NCBI GenBank assembly: GCA_938074565.1
Contig: CALJEQ010000012.1
Location: 13,247-77,246, forward strand
Reading direction: 5' to 3'
Source: an uncultured Alkaliphilus sp.
GTDB lineage: Bacteria; Bacillota; Clostridia; Peptostreptococcales; Natronincolaceae
DNA length: 64,000 bases
Shown: piece after piece, positions 1 to 8,432 of the stretch
How the letters are laid out: every line of letters begins with the position of its first letter
Position numbering within the stretch: the stretch's first letter is position 1
Notes under the pieces: generated by a model
Seen by the model: the letters and a program-made list of their open reading frames with translations, nothing else
The model's database searches: none
What the model was told of the DNA's origin: nothing
Translations under genes and position numbers: made by a program

Positions 1-3000
1 CCTACTGGTGCAGCTGAAGCCACATCAATATTAATAGCAGGATTATAAGTTACTCCATTAATTTCATTTACACCTTGAGTTGAAACTGGAATCATGTTTC
101 GTATTACTGGCGGTCTAAATGGGTTGGTGTAGGTAAATTGTGATGTGGCAAATTTACCATCATAATTAAATACCCTTAATTGTTTTTGCCCTACTTCACT
201 GGAAGGTGGTGTAACTAATGTTATTCTTTGTTCCCCTTCCACTTGTTTAATAACCCCTAATCTTCTTGTAACCACTAGGTCATTATTTTTAACTTCTATT
301 TTTATTTGTTCATCTGCCATATTGTTTGTGGTGGAGTCAACATCCTTCCACGGAACTCTTACAACAATAAACTCTTCCTCTTCTACTATCTTAAATTGAT
401 TAGTGGGATTTTCTAAACCTTCTTTATAAACCATCAATTGATTACCTTCTACTGCTTCTTTATAGTATAGGGTTATGTTGTAATCGTCCACATAGGCGTT
501 ATAACGAACAATCACATCCCCCAACTTTACAGTAGCTTGCCCTGAAAGAACGTCTGCTTTGCCTGTTTCATTTCCAAAGACCACATGAAGCCCTTTTTCT
601 ACAAAATCTTTACCTACAATAGTTATTTCACTACCACCTAAACGACTACCTTGATTAGGTAATACTTGGCTAATTGCAGGTTGTTTAGAACGATACTCAA
701 ACCCATTTTTTAAGTTGGCAGTAGCACCATCAAAATTTATAACGGTTACATCTGCCCTACCTGCAATGTTAGGAGGGGTTTTTTCTACTATAATAAGGTC
801 TGTGGTTTCAATTTCACCATAGGTTTCTCTTGGAGGAAGTACAAAAGTAATATCTTCTTTTGGTACTTTTACTCCTCCAAAATAAACAGCTGGTAACTGT
901 TGGTCATCTGTTCCAAAGTCTTTAGCTCTAAAACTTACTCCAGAAATTAAAACCCGATCTCCCCCTGCTGTATTTCCTGTGTTGGGGGTTAACTTAGTAA
1001 TTTTAGCATCGTAGCCTGGATTAACATACTTATATCCATTATAGAGGGTGAAAGAACCTCCATCGTTATTTAGTATTGTAACAGGAACTGTTGCTGCATT
1101 TTTACTACCCATGTCTTCACCATAGGGTGGTACATAAACCCATAGCATTCTAGCATTATTACTTCTTCTGTAAACCTGTGCTTGTTGTGTTCCAAAGTAA
1201 ACTTTTACATTATCATAGAAGTTTTCCCCTTGAATCTCTACAATGTTTCCACCCCTATAGTCTCCTAAGTTAGGTTCTACTTTGCTGATGATAGGGCGGG
1301 TTACAACATCTATAAATCTAAATGATTTATTTAATTGATGACTTCCCAAGTCTGGGTTTACCACCTTTACGTCTAATTGAGCATTCATAAAAAATGGTTT
1401 TTGTAAATCTTTAGGGTCTGGAATTAAAACATATATGGTTTCATTGTCTACTACTGCAACATTACCTCCATAGGTTTTTAAAACCTCTCCATTTGGCCCA
1501 TAAATAGGCATTTCATCTTCAAAGTAATCATTAATAAAATCTCTTAATTCTAATGGTGCCAGTGGATCATCGTTTTCTCTAAAATATCCTCTATTAACGT
1601 CTTTTCCATCAATCCACACAGTTGTTCCAATCTTATAGGCATCGGTTTGACCTGTGGGGTTTGGTGTAAAAAATCCAGTTCCTTTAATGATTACTAAACT
1701 ACCCTTACCCCCTACATTAGGAATAATTCTCTGAATTTGTGGTTGACTAAAGGTTTGTACATATTCAAAAGGAGCTGACACAAATCCTCCATCGGGATTA
1801 ATTACCTGTAAAAATGTTTTACCTGCCCTTCCAGCGGGAGAGTTAAAGGTAATTGTTCCTTTTGCAACGTCTATTGTTCTATTTTGTATAACCTCTCCAT
1901 CTATGGTAACAACAGCTCCTGGTTGAAAATTAAAACCTTTCACGACAATTTGTTGCGGTTTTCCCACCGCCACCTTATCTGGTGTAACTGAAGTTATGGT
2001 TGGTTTTAAAATAGTTCCTTCTCCTGGAGTAACATATTCAAATAGGTTATCTTTTCTATCTCTTCCCCCTAATGCACCTAATGGACTGGGGTTGTAAACA
2101 ATTACATCGGCATAACCATTATAAAGTTGGTAACCTTTTGGAATTGTAAACTTAATTTTCGTTCCTGATCTAATTGCCTGTCCATCTACAACCGTATTAT
2201 TAGCTGTCAAAACAATTAAGTCAAAATCTGCCTCTTGAGCTTCTCCCAAATTAGTTCCATCGGCTCTATCACTATAATAGTATACCGTTTTACCCTCTTG
2301 GTTTCTTGTAATAATTTTGTACTTTTCTGCTGCGTTACCTACACTTTCACTACCAATAATAATCATTGGATAGTAACGCTTTCCACCAATACTTTCCACC
2401 CTAAAGTTACTACCTTCTATTGTAGCTGTAATATCTTCTGTGAAAGGTCCTTTATTAGGTACTAATCTAGTAATATTTGGCGTGGATATATCGGGTTCAA
2501 ATTCAAATTGCACTTTAGACTGTGAAGCATATGGGGCTTCTTCTACAATATAGTTTAATTCAGTAACAACGCCACCTACTAACCTATAATGTACTGTTTC
2601 TGTTCTTACTGAAATAACATATTTTCCTGCCTGACTTACCTTGTCGGTTCTAACCCTAAGGGTGGAGACATCCTGTGGGGCTAATAAAGGTAGCTCTACT
2701 ATATCTGCTGGTAAACCTATCATAATGTTGATCTTTCTTTCTACAAACTCCCCATTATTTAGTGTGTACCTCAAATACTTGGCTTTTGGGTCTATTTCTT
2801 TAAAAAATTTAAGGTTAGCATTATTTGTATCAATTGATGTAACATGGTCTTGATGCCTAATACCTTTAATGTTGTTTACTGGCACAATATTTCTAACCCT
2901 TAAATGGTCTATTGCCTTTTCTTCATTGGTAAAGGCTTTTGCTGGGTCAACATCCATTACCTCTAAAACTGACCCTTCTGCCACTACATAAATAAAGTTG

Positions 3001-4028
3001 ATATTATGGGTGTAGGTATCACCAAAATAGTTTTGAATAACGATGGGTTTTGGTCCTGCTGTATCTAATTTAGGTACAACAATTTCTAAACCAGTTTTTT
3101 TCTCAGCCCCTTCATAGTAGGTAAAGGTTCCGTCACTAAAGCCACCTGTATTTCTTACAGCTTCTTTACCTCCAATAAATACCTTTGTACCACTATCTAA
3201 TAGGGCGGTTGTTTTCTTTGCTTTAATTCTTACTATACTTCCTGCTGTTCCTTCTAAAGGAGAAATATTAACTTCTTCTAAATCTAGTGGGTTGGCTACA
3301 CTAATGGCCCTTTTTACAACGTATCTTAATTCCACATTGCTACCACTGTTTTTTTCAAAGACTAAGTTTTGATTATTTCCCGCTGCAATATTAACGGTGT
3401 CTGTTCCTATACTAATTTTTCTTCCATCTTCTACAACATTGTAGTCAATTGTATTTGTTACTGTTAAACCTGTGGTAATTCCTAGTTTGTAATCATTATT
3501 TAAATAGCTTCCTTCCAACGTGAACTCTTTTCCTTTAATAACTGTAATCGGCCATGATGCAGGCGACATAGTATTAATGGTATCCACCTTCATAAAGTTA
3601 AAATCGTTTCCTGGCAATTCGAAGGGTTTACTCATATCTTCAGCATGGGTTACGCCATTTCTAACAACTCTAAAATAGACGGTGCCCGTTGCCCCAAATA
3701 TACTCTGTATACTTTGCCCTCCACCATCAGGAACGTAGGCTATGTTACCACTGTTAATTACTCTTAGTTCCTCTTTAGGTAAGGTTTTCTTAATAGAACC
3801 ACCTTGCACTACATGGATGGCATCGATGTTGGTCATGGGAAAACCATTGAAGATTACTTGATAATTTGTCTTTAATTGTCCATTAATGACTTCAACTTCT
3901 TCCCTTATGGTGATTTTGTTGATGACAACAGGTTCATCTGCTGCATAAACATTGGTAATGGGTATGTTACCAAATAATAAGTTGAAAATCATAAGTAATA
4001 ATGTGAATACTGCTGTTTTTTTCCTCAT
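1..4028 (-). CDS. Large secreted cell-surface protein with tandem IPT/TIG (Ig-like) repeats. The 5' end is complete; the 3' end runs off the left edge of the window (partial, more than 1340 aa).
   Basis: It is absent from the ORF track because there is no stop codon in the window. The minus-strand ATG at 4028-4026 has a GGAGG (revcomp of 4036-4040) 7 nt upstream. The N-terminus MRKKTAVFTLLLMIFNLLFGNIPITNVYA looks like a signal peptide. The frame is open at both ends: I checked codon by codon at the left edge (...NGVTYNPAINIDVASAAPVG) and at the start. No competing ORF of 60 aa or more is listed here apart from two short antisense ones. The repeated modules carry the IPT/TIG signature, for example RPIISKVEPNLGDYRGGNIVEIQGENF, AKITKLTPNTGNTAGGDRVLISGVSF, QPAISQVLPNQGSRLGGSEITIVGKDF and KPTITSVTPDKVAVGKPQQIVVKGFNF. 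Confidence 0.75.
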   Translation of the reverse strand, partial: MRKKTAVFTLLLMIFNLLFGNIPITNVYAADEPVVINKITIREEVEVINGQLKTNYQVIFNGFPMTNIDAIHVVQGGSIKKTLPKEELRVINSGNIAYVPDGGGQSIQSIFGATGTVYFRVVRNGVTHAEDMSKPFELPGNDFNFMKVDTINTMSPASWPITVIKGKEFTLEGSYLNNDYKLGITTGLTVTNTIDYNVVEDGRKISIGTDTVNIAAGNNQNLVFEKNSGSNVELRYVVKRAISVANPLDLEEVNISPLEGTAGSIVRIKAKKTTALLDSGTKVFIGGKEAVRNTGGFSDGTFTYYEGAEKKTGLEIVVPKLDTAGPKPIVIQNYFGDTYTHNINFIYVVAEGSVLEVMDVDPAKAFTNEEKAIDHLRVRNIVPVNNIKGIRHQDHVTSIDTNNANLKFFKEIDPKAKYLRYTLNNGEFVERKINIMIGLPADIVELPLLAPQDVSTLRVRTDKVSQAGKYVISVRTETVHYRLVGGVVTELNYIVEEAPYASQSKVQFEFEPDISTPNITRLVPNKGPFTEDITATIEGSNFRVESIGGKRYYPMIIIGSESVGNAAEKYKIITRNQEGKTVYYYSDRADGTNLGEAQEADFDLIVLTANNTVVDGQAIRSGTKIKFTIPKGYQLYNGYADVIVYNPSPLGALGGRDRKDNLFEYVTPGEGTILKPTITSVTPDKVAVGKPQQIVVKGFNFQPGAVVTIDGEVIQNRTIDVAKGTITFNSPAGRAGKTFLQVINPDGGFVSAPFEYVQTFSQPQIQRIIPNVGGKGSLVIIKGTGFFTPNPTGQTDAYKIGTTVWIDGKDVNRGYFRENDDPLAPLELRDFINDYFEDEMPIYGPNGEVLKTYGGNVAVVDNETIYVLIPDPKDLQKPFFMNAQLDVKVVNPDLGSHQLNKSFRFIDVVTRPIISKVEPNLGDYRGGNIVEIQGENFYDNVKVYFGTQQAQVYRRSNNARMLWVYVPPYGEDMGSKNAATVPVTILNNDGGSFTLYNGYKYVNPGYDAKITKLTPNTGNTAGGDRVLISGVSFRAKDFGTDDQQLPAVYFGGVKVPKEDITFVLPPRETYGEIETTDLIIVEKTPPNIAGRADVTVINFDGATANLKNGFEYRSKQPAISQVLPNQGSRLGGSEITIVGKDFVEKGLHVVFGNETGKADVLSGQATVKLGDVIVRYNAYVDDYNITLYYKEAVEGNQLMVYKEGLENPTNQFKIVEEEEFIVVRVPWKDVDSTTNNMADEQIKIEVKNNDLVVTRRLGVIKQVEGEQRITLVTPPSSEVGQKQLRVFNYDGKFATSQFTYTNPFRPPVIRNMIPVSTQGVNEINGVTYNPAINIDVASAAPV

Positions 4029-4467
4029 ATGCTGGCCTCCTATTTCCTTTTGTTAATTATTAAAATATTTCCCTTTAATTTTATTTTCTCTATCTATATA
4101 TGTAAATAAAATCTATTCCTCTATACAACTAATTTATCGGTTAAATTACCATTAATTTATAGTAGTATAAAATGGAAAGTTGATTGCTTTTTAATATTAT
4201 ATCATAGACACATTGCAAATTCTGTTTCTGTTATGCATTTGTCATTAAATTGAAACATTATTACTATTAATAAATATTTTTTTCTACCAAAAACATCAAA
4301 AACAGCCATTTAATTATACTTATCTGTTCATTATTCTCTTAGTTAATTGTGTCATAATTTAATATTTAAAATAAAAAATAGAAAGTACTACAGTTTTTTC
4401 CTTTTCAGTACGATATTATTAATATATAACTAACACAACTTTGTGATTATCCAAGGAGGTATAATTA

Positions 4468-5859
4468 ATGCGTAAAAAAATACTAATTACCACCATCACT
4501 GTTTTATTAATCTCTACAATTTTCACCACTCCTTCTTTTACCCAAAGCTACAGTCGGTCAATTACGGCTTGGTTTAATAATTTAACCCTTGAAGTGGATG
4601 GAGTAAAGGCAAACCTAAAGAACGAGCCTTTTATCTACAACAATGAGGTATACGTCCCTTTAAGGGAGTTATCTGACCATGTTATGTTTAATTACCAGCA
4701 CGATGAAAAGTCCAAAACCCTTAAACTAAAAACAAATCGAAACAATAATAAGGCAGTGGATAATTATCAGCATAATTATGAAGTAATAGACTTACGTAAC
4801 CAGATAGTTGAACTTCAAAAAGAAATTGATAAATTACAGGATGGCAAATTTCCATACCGTAAAATTTCAACTACATTGGAAATGGAAAACTACCTAAAGG
4901 AACACTTTAAAAAGTTAAAAGATGTTCCTATGAACATTCGTTTTAGACATAAAGGTGGTAATAAATACGATTTCAGTGCAGTATTTAGTTCTAATGATTT
5001 AAACAAATGGAACAGTCTAAGCCGTAGGGATATTGAAAACTGGGTGGATGACATTTTCTATGTAACTAGAGATCTATTTAACCGAAATGCTGAAATTGAA
5101 GGTGACTTCCGATTAACAGCCTTTAATACTGGTATTAGATATGCAAACTATTGGACAAGAGGTAACCGTTTGTTCTTTGACTATAAATTAGCAGATCACA
5201 AAAAGAATCAAATGGTGGATGGTACAAGAATTGAAAATGCTTTAAATCTACAAATTAAACACTATCACAATGCTTCTTTTACTTATAAAGTATTTGTAAA
5301 TCAAAGCGATATTGATATTGTTGTTTCTTATAACCATAACTTTAACAATTGGACCCCAGCATTAAAAATGCAATATCTAACCCGTTTAAGAACAGAGGTA
5401 GAAAAACTTTATGATAGTGTAAGTGTAAATGGAAGGGTGGTTAATTCAGTTACTAACCAAACCGAACTTCGATTCAGCTTTGAAGGTGAGGATATTCGTT
5501 CAGTTGACCTACTAAATGACTTAGAAAAACACTTAAATCTTCACTATAAACACTTCTATTATGGAGGACATACCCTTACTTTTACTTATCGTGTTAATGA
5601 AAGCTACAGTGGTTCTTTTGAAGTTATTATGGAAGGTAACTTCACCGAAAATAGTGAAGCATGGCAACAAGTTAGAAACGGTGGCGAAGTTGCTTTAAGA
5701 TACTTTATTCAAAGTAGTTTTGATCATATTGAGTCTGTTTGGGATGTTGATATTTTCGGTACAGTGAGGGACAAAAACTTAAACTCTATTGGAGATGTGG
5801 AGTATTTTAGTACTTCTCAATATGGTATCCGTATTGTTCAGCCTATTATTTTTCAGTAA
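4468..5859 (+). CDS. Secreted protein with a copper-amine-oxidase-like N-terminal stalk domain, a coiled coil and three internal ~100-aa repeats. Function unknown.
   Basis: AAGGAGG lies 8 nt upstream of the ATG. The signal peptide is MRKKILITTITVLLISTIFTTPSFTQS. A stalk-domain-like segment reads LEVDGVKANLKNEPFIYNNEVYVPLRELSDHV, and the coiled coil reads EVIDLRNQIVELQKEIDKLQ. The three repeats begin LEMENYLKEHFKKL, IENALNLQIKHYHN and LLNDLEKHLNLHYKHF. Confidence 0.6.
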   Translation: MRKKILITTITVLLISTIFTTPSFTQSYSRSITAWFNNLTLEVDGVKANLKNEPFIYNNEVYVPLRELSDHVMFNYQHDEKSKTLKLKTNRNNNKAVDNYQHNYEVIDLRNQIVELQKEIDKLQDGKFPYRKISTTLEMENYLKEHFKKLKDVPMNIRFRHKGGNKYDFSAVFSSNDLNKWNSLSRRDIENWVDDIFYVTRDLFNRNAEIEGDFRLTAFNTGIRYANYWTRGNRLFFDYKLADHKKNQMVDGTRIENALNLQIKHYHNASFTYKVFVNQSDIDIVVSYNHNFNNWTPALKMQYLTRLRTEVEKLYDSVSVNGRVVNSVTNQTELRFSFEGEDIRSVDLLNDLEKHLNLHYKHFYYGGHTLTFTYRVNESYSGSFEVIMEGNFTENSEAWQQVRNGGEVALRYFIQSSFDHIESVWDVDIFGTVRDKNLNSIGDVEYFSTSQYGIRIVQPIIFQ

Positions 5860-5888
5860 TAATGTAATTAAAGTTTAATATTGGTAAG

Positions 5889-5941
5889 CCTCTTTCTTTG
5901 ATATAATTACAATAGTATATCAAAGAAAGAGGTGTTTTTTA
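5889..5941 (+). terminator. Strong intrinsic terminator after the 4468-5859 gene. Its 3' arm contains the RBS of the next gene.
   Basis: A perfect 17-bp stem pairs cctctttctttgatata (5889-5905) with tatatcaaagaaagagg (5916-5932) around a 10-nt loop. It is followed by tgtttttta. Confidence 0.7.
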
Positions 5942-6502
5942 TTGACAAAAAAAATAATTGGGTTAACCATCTGTTTTATCCTTCTATTCAGCTTTGTTAG
6001 TGTTTCTGGGAACACCTCCAATCTTCAATTGGAGGCAGGGGAATATTTAAGGGACTTAAGAATTTATAGGGGATACAGTGATGGTTCCCTCGGTTTAGAA
6101 AGACCCATCACCCGTGCCGAATTTGCCACAACAATGGTTAGAATAGTTGGCAATGATGGTGTTTCACAGGGAAACTCTGTAACACCAACCTTTAACGACG
6201 TAAAATCTACCCATTGGGCTTATCAAGATATTAGTATAGCTGCTACTAATCAATGGGTAAAGGGTTATGCTGATAAAACCTTTCGACCCCAAGGAAACAT
6301 TACCTACGCAGAAGTTATTACTGTCCTAGTTAGGGTATTAGGTTACGAAAGTCAAACTACAGGACAATGGCCTGAAAGTCATTTAAAAGTTGCCAGTGAT
6401 CTTGGAATTACAAAACATTTAACCCTTAGTCCAAATCATGTGGTTAATCGCGGTGAGGTGGCAATATTACTTAAAGAAGCTCTGTTTATTGAGTTAAAAT
6501 AA
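5942..6502 (+). CDS. Small secreted S-layer-homology (SLH) domain protein
   Basis: The start codon is TTG and the signal peptide is MTKKIIGLTICFILLFSFVSVSG. SLH-type motifs include RPITRAEFATTMVRIVG and FNDVKSTHWAYQDISIAATNQWVKGYADKTFRPQGNITYAEVITVLVRVLGY, plus a third degenerate copy (VNRGEVAILLKEAL). Confidence 0.7.
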   Translation: MTKKIIGLTICFILLFSFVSVSGNTSNLQLEAGEYLRDLRIYRGYSDGSLGLERPITRAEFATTMVRIVGNDGVSQGNSVTPTFNDVKSTHWAYQDISIAATNQWVKGYADKTFRPQGNITYAEVITVLVRVLGYESQTTGQWPESHLKVASDLGITKHLTLSPNHVVNRGEVAILLKEALFIELK

Positions 6503-6523
6503 TTTATAACGAAATAAAAGTAT

Positions 6524-6560
6524 AAAAAACTCCTTTCAAGTTACTTGAAAGGAGTTTTTT
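6524..6560. terminator. Bidirectional intrinsic terminator between the convergent SLH gene and the small peptide gene
   Basis: The hairpin is aaaaaactcctttcaag / ttac / cttgaaaggagtttttt. It has an A-tract on one side and a T-tract on the other. Confidence 0.75.
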
Positions 6561-6590
6561 ATACAAAACGTTTTTAGTATTTTTTAAGCT

Positions 6591-6752
6591 TTATCCCTTA
6601 CCTGGGATTGGGTCTTGTAATGGTATTATTGTATGGGTTATATTCGTGGTAGTGTCATCACTATTATATTCTTTCGTCATAAAAAACCCGACGCTGCTTA
6701 TTAATATAGCAGAAATAATTAGTGATACCACTATACTCTTCAGTCTATTCAA
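6591..6752 (-). CDS. Unannotated 53-aa exported pro-peptide, candidate signalling-peptide precursor paired with the upstream HTH-TPR regulator
   Basis: I translated it by hand codon by codon: TTG start (revcomp of 6750-6752), then MNRLKSIVVSLIISAILISSVGFFMTKEYNSDDTTTNITHTIIPLQDPIPGKG, then a TAA stop (6591-6593). GGGGGGA lies about 6 nt upstream of the TTG. The N-region is basic (NRLK), followed by a ~17-residue hydrophobic core and a polar C-terminal tail. The ORF begins 25 nt after the regulator stop on the same strand and ends 30 nt before a terminator. It falls below the length cut-off of the ORF track. An in-frame GTG at 6767 would give 58 aa but has no SD sequence. Confidence 0.5.
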   Translation of the reverse strand: MNRLKSIVVSLIISAILISSVGFFMTKEYNSDDTTTNITHTIIPLQDPIPGKG

Positions 6753-6777
6753 TTTATGTCCCCCCACGTTGTCGTTG

Positions 6778-8100
6778 TTAGTTTAGATAGTCATGTCTCA
6801 TTCTAGTTACGTATTCCATACATTTATTAGTTTCTTCTAATGCAAAATAAACTTCGATAAAAAAGCTATTTAATTCACTGGTTTTATCTTTAATATTATT
6901 TTCCAAAATAAACTTTTCAACTTTTTGTAAGTGGTTTAATGCACTATAATAGTCCTTTAGTTTCAAATGCATTTGAACTGATGCAAAGTGTAATTCCACT
7001 ACAATATCCTTCATGGCAACCTTTTCAGCTATAATAAGTCCATTACTTAATATTTTTAGTACTTTTTCACTTTCGCCTATCGCCATATAACATTTTGCCT
7101 GTTGTAAATATAAATTAGCTATATAAACTAGTTCTACTCTGTTTTTTAATTCAAAAGCCATATCAATATATTCCAACGCTTTACCGATTTCCCCTATTTC
7201 TCTATAAAGAACAGTTAGGTTATCATACACTAAAAACAAAGTATTTGGTTCTAATCTTTCCTTTTTGTTTAATAGTCTTTGATATAACTTTTCAGCTCTT
7301 TCATGGTTTTTTAAGTCTCTGTAAGTATTGGCTTCCACCAACATTACATTATCATTATAAAAATGAAAAAGAGGGTCATCCCATTTTAATTCTTTAAATA
7401 TATTGATTTGTTGAATCGCCATATCGTATTTATTGATTTTACGATAACAAAGTATTAAATTATAAACAGACTCAACTTTTAGTCTATTAATGTTATCTGT
7501 TTCATACTCCACTGCTGTTTCATAGCACTTTGTATAGTAAATTATAGCCTGATCCACTAACATCATCATATGATAAGCTGCACCAATAAAGTTGTACATA
7601 CGGGCTACTTCACCATAATCTTTTCCCTCTAAATAATATTCTAAAGCATGGGAATAATCCTTCAAGGCACTGTTATAACGAAAACTGTAATAATAAAATT
7701 CCCCTCTTAATACATGAAGATCTGCTACTTCTTTTTTCAAGCCCCATTGGTTTGCCAACTCCACCATTTTTTGTATAGAACGATTAATAAGCTTCTCGTC
7801 CACACTATTAGCTTTAATAATTGGTTGTAGTTTCTCTATCTCTTCACCAATGATTCTTCTAGCTTGGTCCATTTCCGTTTCCATTAAATACTGTGGGGTT
7901 ATTTCCTTCCCCAAGTTTGCATAATACCGATTTAAACAATTGGCAACAATCTTAGCTGTATTCCAGCTTAAACTACGTTTATTGTTCTCAATCATACTGA
8001 CCAAGCTTTTCGTTACTTCTTCATTAGTTATATCATCTTGTTTTAATCCAAGATCACAACGAAGTTTTTTTATTTTTTCTCCTGCACTTAATATTTCCAT
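6778..8100 (-). CDS. XRE-type HTH plus tetratricopeptide-repeat transcriptional regulator (RNPP-like: PlcR/NprR/Rap/PrgX architecture)
   Basis: The N-terminal HTH reads GEKIKKLRCDLGLKQDDITNEEVTKSLVSMIENNKRSLSWNTAKIVANCL. The remaining ~370 aa show repeated TPR-like A/Y/L patterns (YNSALKDYSHALEYY, GEVARMYNFIGAAYHMM, DQAIIYYTKCYE, IGKALEYIDMAFEL, YLQQAKCYMAIGESEKVLKIL, DYYSALNHLQKVEKF). At 440 aa it is similar in size to NprR-type receptors. Confidence 0.8.
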   Translation of the reverse strand: MEILSAGEKIKKLRCDLGLKQDDITNEEVTKSLVSMIENNKRSLSWNTAKIVANCLNRYYANLGKEITPQYLMETEMDQARRIIGEEIEKLQPIIKANSVDEKLINRSIQKMVELANQWGLKKEVADLHVLRGEFYYYSFRYNSALKDYSHALEYYLEGKDYGEVARMYNFIGAAYHMMMLVDQAIIYYTKCYETAVEYETDNINRLKVESVYNLILCYRKINKYDMAIQQINIFKELKWDDPLFHFYNDNVMLVEANTYRDLKNHERAEKLYQRLLNKKERLEPNTLFLVYDNLTVLYREIGEIGKALEYIDMAFELKNRVELVYIANLYLQQAKCYMAIGESEKVLKILSNGLIIAEKVAMKDIVVELHFASVQMHLKLKDYYSALNHLQKVEKFILENNIKDKTSELNSFFIEVYFALEETNKCMEYVTRMRHDYLN

Positions 8101-8360
8101 TTAATCCTATACTCCTTTCACAACAAAAAAAATTTACAAGATAATGTTCTTTCTGAGTCTAGGTTAATAATAATTCAATAAATATTATTATATATTCCAT
8201 TCCTTATAACAAATATACTAAATATTTTGCTAGATTTCAATCTTTTTAATCGTTTTTTTGAATTTATAATAATTAATATAAAGTCAAGTATTTTGTAAAT
8301 TTTTTTGTTTCTAATTAATGGATAACCATAAATATAATGTAAATATAGTATTATGTAAAT

Positions 8361-8408
8361 TACAAAACCCTTTGAAAAAAGTTATATATTATACTTTTTA
8401 TCTAAGGG
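8361..8408 (-). terminator. Probable spoIIE terminator (interrupted stem)
   Basis: On the minus strand: CCCTT..AAAAAGT-loop-ACTTTTT..AAGGG, followed by TTTTGTAATTT. It lies 25 nt after the spoIIE stop. Confidence 0.4.
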
Positions 8409-8432
8409 CTTATTTTTATTGTTATTTTTTTA

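Noticed and set aside
2235-2853. Two plus-strand ORFs (76 and 70 aa) listed in the track
   Set aside because: They lie antisense inside the long uninterrupted minus-strand IPT/TIG gene. They have no RBS, and their composition mirrors the coding strand.
4142-4159. A 7-4-7 palindrome TAAATTA-CCAT-TAATTTA in the divergent promoter region of the surface-protein genes, considered as a PlcR-box-like operator for the RNPP regulator
   Set aside because: It is entirely A/T-rich arms in a region of about 80% AT, so it is likely to arise by chance. I found no second copy near other candidate targets.
8126-8306. A 14-nt inverted repeat AAAAAAATTTACAA at 8128-8143 and 8293-8306, flanking the regulator promoter region; a possible operator pair
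   Set aside because: It is almost pure A/T homopolymer plus a short core in a very AT-rich spacer. The chance of occurrence is too high to call without genome-wide statistics.
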